A stretch of 47,585 nt of DNA from Actinomycetota bacterium (GTDB lineage Bacteria; Actinomycetota; Acidimicrobiia; Acidimicrobiales; Poriferisodalaceae). Position 1 is the first letter of the stretch; every line of letters starts with the position of its first letter. The DNA is taken from assembly GCA_002724355.1 (NCBI GenBank), contig PBOM01000057.1:75894-123478 (forward strand), given 5' to 3'. Below, piece after piece: positions 18,434 to 26,719 of this stretch. Position numbers and translations under genes: made by a program. Below the pieces are notes generated by a model that saw nothing but the letters and a program-made list of their open reading frames with translations, did not search any database and was not told the origin of the DNA.

Positions 18434-19434
18434 CACTTCACAACTACATAATCCATGGAGCGGGAGGCATTGGCTCTGTCATCGCAGCCCGTCTAGCTAG
18501 CGCTGGCAAGCGGGTCCAATTAGTCGCCCGAGGAGCACATCTTCAAGCTCTCCAAAGACAGGGGCTGATACTTATTCAGAACACTGTCGGAACATGGGAT
18601 CTTCCAGCTGAAGAAACAGCTGATCGTCTTGAGGTCGATCAAAACACGGTGGTTCTCCTCGCAATGAAAACTGATGACACATTCGAGGCTGTCAATCAGC
18701 ACTCTTCTCTTTACAGCGACCTACCGATGGTGTGCTGCCAAAATGGGGTCACTAACGAGGAGTGGCTGTCGACTCAGGGTTACAAAACCTATGGCTGCAC
18801 GGTAATGGTGGGCGCGGGCATAGTTGAACCTGGGACCGTCCGACATTCCGGGGGAACACTATTAGAGATTGGTTGTTGGCCCCAGGGCAGCGACGCGGTA
18901 TGCGAAATTCTCGTATCAGATCTGGTGGAAGGCGGAATGAACGCATCAATCGATGAGCAAGTTGTTGACGGCAAGTGGGGAAAATTAGTCAGAAACCTAG
19001 CTAACGCGTATCTAGCTCTGACCAACCTCTCGGTTCAAGAGGCCTCCTGCGAACCCGAAGACCGTCGCTTTATAGCAGACGTGAATGAAGAGGCAGCAAA
19101 CGTTCTCGAGGCAGCAGCTATTTCAGCTCGGATGGTAGGTAAACGAAATTTGAGAGAGCAGATTACGCGACTAAGGGAACCGGGCTACTGGGCTACGAAG
19201 GAACCAGTCACGGACGAAACGCGGTCTTATCCAAGCACTTGGCAAGATCTAATGTCCCAACGAGGAAACGTAGAAGTGGATCATTTCAACGGTGCAATAG
19301 TTCGGCTCGGTGAGCAACACGGGGTCACTACTCCTCTCAACCGGGTGCTGAGAGATCGTTGTCTGTCAGCAGCCGAGCAGCGTTTACTTCCAGGAACCGA
19401 GACGGCGGAATCGCTCCGGTCGGCCGCTTCGTAA
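18430..19434 (+). CDS. 2-dehydropantoate 2-reductase (ApbA/PanE) family oxidoreductase
   Basis: N-terminal Rossmann GAGGIGSVIAARL. ATG 18430 forms an ATGA overlap with the upstream stop, whereas the track starts at TTG 18424. Confidence 0.75.
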   Translation: MTLHNYIIHGAGGIGSVIAARLASAGKRVQLVARGAHLQALQRQGLILIQNTVGTWDLPAEETADRLEVDQNTVVLLAMKTDDTFEAVNQHSSLYSDLPMVCCQNGVTNEEWLSTQGYKTYGCTVMVGAGIVEPGTVRHSGGTLLEIGCWPQGSDAVCEILVSDLVEGGMNASIDEQVVDGKWGKLVRNLANAYLALTNLSVQEASCEPEDRRFIADVNEEAANVLEAAAISARMVGKRNLREQITRLREPGYWATKEPVTDETRSYPSTWQDLMSQRGNVEVDHFNGAIVRLGEQHGVTTPLNRVLRDRCLSAAEQRLLPGTETAESLRSAAS

Positions 19435-19436
19435 TG

Positions 19437-19521
19437 TGCCCGGAGTGGGATTCGAACCCACACGCCCCGTTAAGAGCCGAGGGGTTTAAGCCCTCTGCGT
19501 CTGCCATTCCGCCATCCGGGC
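19437..19521 (-). tRNA. tRNA-Leu (anticodon UAA), class II with long variable arm
   Basis: Reverse complement is GCCCGGA-TG-GCGGAATGGCAGACGC-A-GAGGG-CUUAAAC-CCCUC-(17-nt variable arm)-GUGGG-UUCGAAU-CCCAC-UCCGGGC-A. It has a 7-bp acceptor stem, GTTCGAAT T-loop and UAA anticodon flanked by U33/A37. No encoded CCA. Confidence 0.9.
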
Positions 19522-19574
19522 CGATTTAGTTCGGCGCTTTCAGCCTAAGCCCTGAGAGCAGCAAGGACGCCCTC

Positions 19575-20021
19575 TTAGGCCGCTTCGACTTTACCGTTGA
19601 CTGGCAGCCGATGGACGACCGCAGTTGGCTTATGTCTTAGTTCAGGCGCAACGCCGGGTCCTGCCTGTATCGCTGTTCGCCACAAGAGATCGCGCAGTTC
19701 GCCGGATCGAGGGCCTGGCAGCCCATTGCAGACAACGACTCCCTCGATCATGTCCGCAATTACTGCTTCAAAAGGCCTGTCTTTGATACGAACAGCAACG
19801 ACACTTCCAGAACTGTCCCTTCGTATAGCTCTATCTGTTTGTCTGGAACGGGGAGGACTTCGAAAGCCGGGAACGGCAAAACCTGCTTGAGCTCCTAGAT
19901 GACCAAAGGCCTGAGCAACCATGGAGAACCGCACGGACGGAGCACTTTCAATATTAGAAACGGGGCGACTGTGTGCGTCAGCACTCGAAAGAACGGATCT
20001 GTCAATGTTGTTTTCCATCAA
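19575..20021 (-). CDS. hypothetical protein (Arg/Pro-rich, 148 aa)
   Basis: ORF only. The central block FAVPGFRSPPRSRQTDRAIRR...VVAVRIKDRPFEAVIADMIEGVVVCNGL looks protein-like, but I do not recognise a family. The start is uncertain (ATG 20021 or ATG 19922). An antisense 97-aa ORF is judged a shadow. Confidence 0.4.
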   Translation of the reverse strand: MMENNIDRSVLSSADAHSRPVSNIESAPSVRFSMVAQAFGHLGAQAGFAVPGFRSPPRSRQTDRAIRRDSSGSVVAVRIKDRPFEAVIADMIEGVVVCNGLPGPRSGELRDLLWRTAIQAGPGVAPELRHKPTAVVHRLPVNGKVEAA

Positions 20022-20130
20022 GTAAAGGTTCTAATAGGGGTGTGACATCCACCCACGTTCGGACAAAAGCGTCGACGACCAGGCTCTCCACTTGAACTAA
20101 GGCCATGCCAAGCGGGGCTAGGTTGGGTCC

Positions 20131-21105
20131 GTGACAAGCAGCGATCAAGTCTCCAAAGAGCTAGGGTCCGCAGACTCAGCATTGACTCCTGCTCAACAAG
20201 AAACACTTGGGTTAATCCGTTTACCAGCCGACCAGCGAACGACTTATGAGGCCACGTTGCGGCACGAATTGCATGCGGCGTTGGAGGCAGCTACGGCAGA
20301 TCTAGTTGGTTCCATAGACGAGCCGTTGTGGATTTCTAAACGTCAACTGCAAGCGGTTAACGGTTGCGAAGCGCTATATGAGGCCCAGCAAGCCGAACCT
20401 TTCGAATGGCGTATACCTATGACACGCGGCCAGATCTTTCATAAGTGCGTTGAGTTGTCTATCCATCTGTTCCCTAAGAGAACCGCTTCTGAACTAGTTG
20501 ACGAGGCACTATCAAGCATGATGAATCGGGGAGATGGTCTTGCTGACTTTTTGTTTACCTTGACCGAAGTCGAGCGTGCGGAAATACGAAGCGACGTAGC
20601 GTCGCTATTACAAACTTTTTTCGACACGTTCCCACCCCTGAAGAAAGCTTGGGGTCCTACTACCGAATTGCCTCGCAAGGTAGTCCTCCATCAAGGGAAG
20701 GTCGTTTTTCAAGGTCGGTTCGATCTAACGATTGGGCAGCCGAGCGAGTTGACCGCTGGTCGTGTGCTGGTCGAGTTAAAGACTGGTAGAGCGGTCCCCC
20801 ACCATTTAGATGATTTACGTTTTTACGCTTTGTTGGAAACACTTGTTGTAGGTGTTCCCCCGGCTCTGTTGGCAAGTTTTTATGTTGATGCGGGCCGTGT
20901 GCAGGTCGAACACGTTGACGAAGACACAGTGCGCTCGGCGCTAAGGCGCGCCTCCGACGCCGCAGAGCGACTACTTCATTTACGACTAGAAAAAACCCGT
21001 GCTGCGGTGCGCCCGAACACCTCGTGCCGTTGGTGCCCTATCGCCAACCAATGCGAACCCGGCCAAGCTTGGCTTGAGGAAGCAAACGACGGAAGTGCCT
21101 GGTAG
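20131..21105 (+). CDS. PD-(D/E)XK nuclease family protein with Cas4/AddB-like Fe-S cysteine cluster
   Basis: Nuclease core GRFDL...VELKTG (D...ExK) followed by YALLE. Four Cys are arranged as in Cas4-type nucleases: one N-terminal (NGCEALY) and C-terminal CRWCPIANQC (CxxCx5C). GTG start. Confidence 0.7.
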   Translation: MTSSDQVSKELGSADSALTPAQQETLGLIRLPADQRTTYEATLRHELHAALEAATADLVGSIDEPLWISKRQLQAVNGCEALYEAQQAEPFEWRIPMTRGQIFHKCVELSIHLFPKRTASELVDEALSSMMNRGDGLADFLFTLTEVERAEIRSDVASLLQTFFDTFPPLKKAWGPTTELPRKVVLHQGKVVFQGRFDLTIGQPSELTAGRVLVELKTGRAVPHHLDDLRFYALLETLVVGVPPALLASFYVDAGRVQVEHVDEDTVRSALRRASDAAERLLHLRLEKTRAAVRPNTSCRWCPIANQCEPGQAWLEEANDGSAW

Positions 21106-21125
21106 CGGGACTCCGAGCTAGTTCG

Positions 21126-21752
21126 TCAGACCGTAACCGCCGCGTCAGAGACAAACTGCCAAAGGTCTTCTCTTCTTTGGGTCCATTCCTCTGATGTAAT
21201 CCCGAAACGCATGTGGTCTTCCCAGACCCCTGCGATTCTCAAATAACCCTCTGCCAGGCCTTCGTATCGGATACCAAGTTTTTCGACCACACGCCGACTT
21301 GAATGATTTCTCGGAATTATCGATATTTCGAGTCGGTGCAAACCCGCGCGGTCGAAAGCATGACCGAAAACAGCCACTAGAGCTTCCGGTATAAAACCTT
21401 GACCGGCCCATCGCTCATCCACCCAGTAACCCACATGCCCACTTTGAAATGCTCCGCGAGCCACGTTATTCACGTTGATCTCGCCGCAGAAATGCCCGCG
21501 ATGCCACATCGACCATGCAAATCCGGTCCCTAGTTGCCTCTCCCTATCCCTTGCATTACATCGAGCCGCAAATGCCGCAGGGTCTTGAGATGGGTCGGGA
21601 GCCCCTACCGTTGCTTCTGGTTCCCATTTGGTAAGCCAACTTGCACAGCGCTTCCTGACTTCGCTCCACTGAGCGAAGTCATGTGGCTGCAAACCTCGTA
21701 GCAACAATCTGGGGGTGTGAAGATCGTTCACGGTCGGAACACTAGCGTGCAA
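21126..21752 (-). CDS. GNAT-family N-acetyltransferase (RimJ/RimL-like)
   Basis: 208 aa with an N-terminal RLLLRGLQPHDF...W block and a GNAT core (GYWVDERWAGQGFIPEAL). Confidence 0.8.
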   Translation of the reverse strand: MHASVPTVNDLHTPRLLLRGLQPHDFAQWSEVRKRCASWLTKWEPEATVGAPDPSQDPAAFAARCNARDRERQLGTGFAWSMWHRGHFCGEINVNNVARGAFQSGHVGYWVDERWAGQGFIPEALVAVFGHAFDRAGLHRLEISIIPRNHSSRRVVEKLGIRYEGLAEGYLRIAGVWEDHMRFGITSEEWTQRREDLWQFVSDAAVTV

Positions 21753-21761
21753 TAGCGTCGG

Positions 21762-22682
21762 CTATTCATGCCCAAGCATCTCATCTGCTACCCCATCAAG
21801 TAAATCCCGTTCGCGCACCAAGCATTCCTCGAGTTCCCAGTGACGCATAATCGCTACCAGGATGCAACATCCCGCCACGATCACATCTGCGCGAGCTGGT
21901 TCGAGACCAGGGTTATGTTGACGATCCGAGAGCGACTCCGTCGCCAAAGTTCTGAAAACGTCTTCGGCGGCTTGCCGGGTGAGACGGAATCCATCAATTA
22001 CCTCTGGGTCATAGGGTTCAAGTCCTATTTCGACCGCAGCGATAGTTGTGATGGTTCCGGCCACTCCTACAAGTGAATTGGCCTTTCCTATTAGGGGAAG
22101 TTCTCGGTCGATGTCATCTAAATGCAGACGAGCGACTTGAATTGCTGCGCTGAGCTCTTCAGGCTTGGGAGGATCGTTCAGCAAGAACTTTTCAAAAAAG
22201 CGGACCGATCCCATGTCTACCGATCGGTACATCTCAGCTACGTCGGTCCCCAACGAGAATTCGGTTGAACCCCCACCAATGTCGACAACCAGGAAGGGTG
22301 CGGCCGTGCGGTCAAGGTCTGCTGTTGCGCCTAGAAATCCGTACCGAGCTTCTTCTTCTCCCGATAAGAGTTCAAGTGGGTGATTTAAGGACGCAGATGC
22401 AGCACCTATGAAGTCATCTCGATTCCTTGCATCTCGCGCTGCGCTAGTCGTTACCGCTCTAATTGTTTCCACTTCGTGCTGTGCAATCAGAAGGTTGAAT
22501 TCTTCAATCGCTTCCAAGACACGGCTAATTCCTTCCTTACTCAGCTGGCCCGAGGCAGACAGGCCTCTACCCAATCCAGTGATTCGGTGCGTTCGAACAT
22601 CAAGCGATTCGCCATCGGTAATCAACAAGCGGCTGGTGTTCGTGCCGAAATCTAATACCGCTACTGGCGTCGGTTTAGACAA
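21762..22682 (-). CDS. ppx: Ppx/GppA-family exopolyphosphatase
   Basis: ASKHA phosphate-binding motifs VLDFGTNTSRLLI and VDIGGGSTEF. Its position after DUF501 matches actinobacterial ppx2 synteny. Confidence 0.9.
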   Translation of the reverse strand: MSKPTPVAVLDFGTNTSRLLITDGESLDVRTHRITGLGRGLSASGQLSKEGISRVLEAIEEFNLLIAQHEVETIRAVTTSAARDARNRDDFIGAASASLNHPLELLSGEEEARYGFLGATADLDRTAAPFLVVDIGGGSTEFSLGTDVAEMYRSVDMGSVRFFEKFLLNDPPKPEELSAAIQVARLHLDDIDRELPLIGKANSLVGVAGTITTIAAVEIGLEPYDPEVIDGFRLTRQAAEDVFRTLATESLSDRQHNPGLEPARADVIVAGCCILVAIMRHWELEECLVRERDLLDGVADEMLGHE

Positions 22683-23166
22683 AGCGAGTCATTTCTAATT
22701 GTTGTACCACCCATGCTCCAACGGGATCATCGCCGGTCACCAAGTGGTTGGCGAGGTGAGTGTGCAGACATTTGACTCCCCTACGCGTGCCTCCAACTCC
22801 ACCCTGAGGTCGCGGACCGTCATGGCTGGAAGGAATATGGGCGTCGCGTTCCTTGGCATAACGCGTATGAGTCCTTTCCAGCTCGATGGGATCCACCGCT
22901 TCTTCGGCAGCTTTAACTCCGCCATTTCCTTCTAAGCGGGCTACTAAGCGACACAACTCGCGGTCGACCAACCAGTAACGAGTCGGCATTGGTCGACCGT
23001 TGTTCATTATCGGCCCGTTGCGGATAACTACCGGTTCTCCCGCACTGTCCACCACTACAACTTCAAAGCCGCCTTCTGGGGAACGGCCCAGTAACGCGGC
23101 GACCTTGTCGACTTCTTCGGAGGTCGGGTAGTCGATCGCAGACACTTTCGCGGCGTCGATAACCAT
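22675..23166 (-). CDS. DUF501-domain protein
   Basis: RPMPTRYWLVDRELCRLVARLEGNGGVK and GGVGGTRRGVKCLHTHLANHLVTGDDPVGAW blocks, as in Rv1025-type proteins. 8-nt overlap with ppx. Confidence 0.75.
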   Translation of the reverse strand: MVIDAAKVSAIDYPTSEEVDKVAALLGRSPEGGFEVVVVDSAGEPVVIRNGPIMNNGRPMPTRYWLVDRELCRLVARLEGNGGVKAAEEAVDPIELERTHTRYAKERDAHIPSSHDGPRPQGGVGGTRRGVKCLHTHLANHLVTGDDPVGAWVVQQLEMTRFV

Positions 23167-23182
23167 GACTCAGATTTAGTCC

Positions 23183-23845
23183 TTATCGTTTACGGCGACG
23201 CAGCAGAACCAACACCAAAGCTACGAGAGCAAAGGGGCCGAACCTTTTGAATAAAGGTGCGCCGGCGGTATCGAGCAAATCAACAGGTTCCGGTTCTGGC
23301 ATGTCTATCTTTCGTGGACCGTTCTGATTCGTTTCGGTCTCACCGCCAGAAGAAGAGTTCGCTGGTTCACTCGCTGTTTGCTGTTCTGCATTATCGGGAG
23401 AGGATTCGAGCAGTTTCTGTTCGAGACTCTCGACAAATTGGCCAATCAGTTTTTCGGAAACGTCAGCCATAACGCCTCTGCCGAACTGAGCGACTTTTCC
23501 GGTTACTTTCAGTTCGGTGGTGATTACGATTTTTGTTCCGTCACCATCTTCAGTCATCTCCGCTGTGACCTCAGCAGCTGCGTTGCCAGCTCCGCGTGTG
23601 TCACGCCCGCTCGCGTCGAGAACTACTCGGTAGTCACTTTCGTTCTTTTCTTTGAACTTAGCTACACCTTTATATTGAGCAGTAATTGGTCCTACTTTGA
23701 CCTTTACTTGGCCCTTGAATTCTTCGCCGTCAATTTCCGTGAGCTGGGCTCCTGGCATACAGGGAGCTATGTATTCAACATCTGTCAGTGTCGCCCACGC
23801 TCGTTCGATAGGAACACCCACTCGGAATTCGTTTTTCAATTCCAT
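23183..23845 (-). CDS. coxG: CoxG-like SRPBCC protein with acidic linker and C-terminal membrane anchor
   Basis: N-terminal 145 aa show the CoxG/SRPBCC pattern (FRVGVPIERAWATLTDVEYIAPCMPGAQL...VGPITAQYKG). A low-complexity acidic/Ser-rich tail follows, ending in the hydrophobic segment FALVALVLVLL followed by RRRKR. Confidence 0.75.
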   Translation of the reverse strand: MELKNEFRVGVPIERAWATLTDVEYIAPCMPGAQLTEIDGEEFKGQVKVKVGPITAQYKGVAKFKEKNESDYRVVLDASGRDTRGAGNAAAEVTAEMTEDGDGTKIVITTELKVTGKVAQFGRGVMADVSEKLIGQFVESLEQKLLESSPDNAEQQTASEPANSSSGGETETNQNGPRKIDMPEPEPVDLLDTAGAPLFKRFGPFALVALVLVLLRRRKR

Positions 23846-24426
23846 CGTCTGAGATCCTCCACAGTATCTACGTCATCAGAAGAGCCTTCGCAGGCTACCT
23901 GCTTAACCAAGTCCGGCCTAGCACGGATCAAAACTCGAGCCCCTTCATCTCCTGTGGAAGGAAGCGAAGACCATACGGACTTTTCTAAACGCACAGGATT
24001 TCCTGGTTTCCCGTCATAGGTGGCTACCGCTATCGGCGAATTCGTCTGCGCCAGGAGACCCCAAGCAGAACTCGGGACCCCGGGCTGATCCCCTAATCCA
24101 ACTACCAAGGCGTCGAAATCATGGGCCAGGGCCCATGCGGTCGCAGCGTTGAGAGATGTTGCGATCCCTTGATCAAATTGCGGATTTTCAACAATTTGGA
24201 GTTCCGTAAACTGGGTTAGAGCTTTACTTAACTCAACCGCTCCGGTTACGACCGCGTAGCCGTCCAGAGTCGACTCTGTCATCGATCGAGCCGCGTGGGT
24301 TACTAGTGGTTCGCCACGCAGGTTGGTTAGGAGCTTGTGTTCAGGATCAATGAATCGTGATCCGGTTCCGGCCGCGAGTAGAACGCCTGCTACTTTCACG
24401 GACTCAGTACGAGCGAGGCAAGCCAA
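23836..24426 (-). CDS. MobA-like NTP-transferase (molybdenum cofactor cytidylyltransferase MocA-like)
   Basis: GVLLAAGTGSRF nucleotide-binding loop, about 190 aa. The start is uncertain: TTG 24426 overlaps the ACAD 3' end by 23 nt, and GTG 24399 is the alternative. Confidence 0.75.
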   Translation of the reverse strand: MACLARTESVKVAGVLLAAGTGSRFIDPEHKLLTNLRGEPLVTHAARSMTESTLDGYAVVTGAVELSKALTQFTELQIVENPQFDQGIATSLNAATAWALAHDFDALVVGLGDQPGVPSSAWGLLAQTNSPIAVATYDGKPGNPVRLEKSVWSSLPSTGDEGARVLIRARPDLVKQVACEGSSDDVDTVEDLRRWN

Positions 24427-25570
24427 GAACTTTGTTCGAGACGTAGTTCAGTACCATTTCTTGGCTTACGGGAGCGATTTTCATGAGACGGCTTTCACGC
24501 CAGTACCGTTCGACGTCGTACTCTTTCGCATAGCCGAATCCCCCGTGGGTCTGCATGGCCCGATCCGCACATTCAAATGCTGCTTCTGAGGCTAGATACT
24601 TCGCGAGATTCGCCTGGGCGCCGCAATCTAGGCCGCTGTCATAGCGCCATGAAGCTTCTCTAATTACGAGTTCGGCTGCGTGAAGTCGCGCATGACTATC
24701 AGCAAGAGGGAATGCCAAGCCCTGGTTCTGACCAATAGGTCGCCCGAATATGACTCGGTCATTGGCATAGTCAACGGCTTTCCTCAGCGCTGCCCTACCT
24801 ATTCCTAGCGCTTCTGCGGAGATGAGAATGCGTTCCGGGTTTAAGCCGTCCAGGATGTAACGGAAGCCTTCGCCTTCCTCGCCAACCCTACGGCTCACGG
24901 GTACCCGCAAACCGTCGTAACGAACTTCACATGAAACGACTGCGTTTCGCCCAACTTTGGGAATCGGTGTTATGTCAACGCTTGGATCCTTGAGGTCAAC
25001 AAGTAGGAGAGTCATTCCCTGCGTCGGACCATCACAGAGCTCTTTGGGGGTAGTTCGAACTAGCAGCAAACAAACGTCGCAGTAGGGAGCCTTTGTGGTC
25101 CAAACTTTCGCTCCAGTTATGACGTATTCATCTCCGTCTCGCTCAGCTCGGGTTCTAATCGAAGTAGTGTCAGTGCCTGCGTCGGGTTCTGTCACACCAA
25201 AAGCTGCGTGAAGTGAACCGTCGGCAACTTTGGGGAGTATTTCGTTTGCTAGCTCCGGGGAACCATATTTTCGGATCGGCTCCATGCCAAAGATCGACAA
25301 GTGGATTGCTGAGCAGCCATTCATCGCAGCTCCACTAGCAGCAACTTCTTCTAGGACTATCGAAGCTTCGGTAATACCTTGGCCTCCGCCTCCGAATTCC
25401 TCCGGGATGGCAATACCTACCCATCCTCCATCAGCCATTGCCTGGTAGAAATCCCATGGAAATTCGTGTTGTTCGTCTTTTTCTCGCCAGTACTCGTCAG
25501 GGAACTGTGCGCAAACACGCCTTACGCCTTCTCGGATGGCTTCGTGGTCTTCAGCTACGGAAAAGTCCAT
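24404..25570 (-). CDS. acyl-CoA dehydrogenase
   Basis: 388 aa with the ACAD signature AFGVTEPDAGTD and a C-terminal helical domain ending ...RYWRESRLMKIAPVSQEM. Confidence 0.9.
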   Translation of the reverse strand: MDFSVAEDHEAIREGVRRVCAQFPDEYWREKDEQHEFPWDFYQAMADGGWVGIAIPEEFGGGGQGITEASIVLEEVAASGAAMNGCSAIHLSIFGMEPIRKYGSPELANEILPKVADGSLHAAFGVTEPDAGTDTTSIRTRAERDGDEYVITGAKVWTTKAPYCDVCLLLVRTTPKELCDGPTQGMTLLLVDLKDPSVDITPIPKVGRNAVVSCEVRYDGLRVPVSRRVGEEGEGFRYILDGLNPERILISAEALGIGRAALRKAVDYANDRVIFGRPIGQNQGLAFPLADSHARLHAAELVIREASWRYDSGLDCGAQANLAKYLASEAAFECADRAMQTHGGFGYAKEYDVERYWRESRLMKIAPVSQEMVLNYVSNKVLGLPRSY

Positions 25571-25604
25571 ATCAAGAAAGGTAGTGGGCGCTGAGCGAAT
25601 TGGC

Positions 25605-26390
25605 TCAGTGAATCGAACCTTTGGCGTCGCTCAAGCTTGGAGCGTTGCGACCCGTTCGCAGCGCGATGATCTCCGCGACGATTGACACTGCTGTTTCTTC
25701 AGGTGTTCTACCCCCGATATCTAGACCAATAGGAGATTTGACTCGTTGTAGTTCCTCGGCCGTGGCCCCCTCCTCTAGGAGCCTTTCGAGCCTCTTTTCG
25801 TGCGTTTGACGCGATCCCATAGCACCGAGATAACCCACGCGTGTTGGTAATGAGCTCATAATCGCTGGAACGTCGAATTTTGCATCGTGGGTTAAGACAC
25901 ACACTGCATCTCTAGGGCCCAGGTCGTTGCCGATACGAGCCAGCAAACGATCGGGCCAGTCCACGACGACTTCATCTGCCATTGGAAAACGACGGCGGGT
26001 CGCAAATACTTCTCTTGCGTCGCACACAGTCACCCGAAAGCCGAGCAGTTTTCCCTGGCTCGCCAAAGCACGAGTGAAGTCAACTGCTCCGAATATCACG
26101 AGGTGGGGGCGTCGGGCATGACATTCGATAAACACACTTAAGTCGTGTTGGCGAGCTTCTCCCTGGGACCCATAGTGACGGACTTCGCTTGTGCCGGCTT
26201 CAAGCATGGCTATTGCATCGCGTCGCACTACTCGGTCTAGCTCTTCTCCCCCGAGGCTGCCCAGCGAGAATCCTGATTCTTCTACCAGGAGCTTCGCTCC
26301 TAGGTTCGGCCCCTCAACGAGTGTCGCGAGGGCTACTGGAATTTCAGCGCGGATCGAGTCTCGAAATCGTTCGTAAATGGGCGTTACCAA
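25605..26390 (-). CDS. XdhC/CoxF-family molybdoenzyme maturation protein, C-terminal two-thirds (second XdhC_CoxI-like segment plus Rossmann domain)
   Basis: ALATLVEGPNLGAKLLV...GSLG...VFIECHARRPHLVIFGAVDF...GFRVTVCDAR. The TTG start is embedded in the AATTGGTAA stop region of the upstream ORF. Confidence 0.8.
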   Translation of the reverse strand: MVTPIYERFRDSIRAEIPVALATLVEGPNLGAKLLVEESGFSLGSLGGEELDRVVRRDAIAMLEAGTSEVRHYGSQGEARQHDLSVFIECHARRPHLVIFGAVDFTRALASQGKLLGFRVTVCDAREVFATRRRFPMADEVVVDWPDRLLARIGNDLGPRDAVCVLTHDAKFDVPAIMSSLPTRVGYLGAMGSRQTHEKRLERLLEEGATAEELQRVKSPIGLDIGGRTPEETAVSIVAEIIALRTGRNAPSLSDAKGSIH

Positions 26391-26701
26391 TTGAGTTCCT
26401 CAATGAAGAGGTGGATAGTTCCACCACAAGTCAATCCCACTGCAAAGGCCTCGTCGTCGCTGTAGCCGAACGTGGTAATTCCAGCTGTTCTGCGTCCCTC
26501 GAGGAGTTCGATTGCTTCGCCGACGACAGCTCCCTCGACGCAACCTCCTGAGACGGAACCGGCTACTTCGCCAGCCTCATTGACCGCCATCGCGGCGCCA
26601 GGATCTCTCGGACCGCTCCCTTCAATGTCCACCACACGTGCAACAGCAACTTTTTGTCCTTTGGTAAGCCATCGCTCGATGTCGTCGAAAATCTCATCCA
26701 T
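26384..26701 (-). CDS. XdhC/CoxI N-terminal domain protein (105 aa)
   Basis: VAVARVVDIEGSGPRDPGAAMAVNEAGEVAGSVSGGCVEGAV...GLTCGGTIHLFIE is the canonical N-terminal XdhC_CoxI domain. Confidence 0.75.
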   Translation of the reverse strand: MDEIFDDIERWLTKGQKVAVARVVDIEGSGPRDPGAAMAVNEAGEVAGSVSGGCVEGAVVGEAIELLEGRRTAGITTFGYSDDEAFAVGLTCGGTIHLFIEELNW

Positions 26702-26719
26702 ACCGTAATGCTCCCATGT

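Noticed and set aside
3794-19521. Accessory block as a tRNA-Leu-targeted genomic island
   Set aside because: I saw no integrase, recombinase or transposase, and no copy of the tRNA 3' end elsewhere in the window. The genes are tightly packed in ordinary operon structures.
23378-24019. 213-aa plus-strand ORF antisense to coxG and the mocA-like gene
   Set aside because: It is a shadow ORF. It spans a gene boundary on the opposite strand and has a Phe/Ser/Cys-rich, implausible composition.
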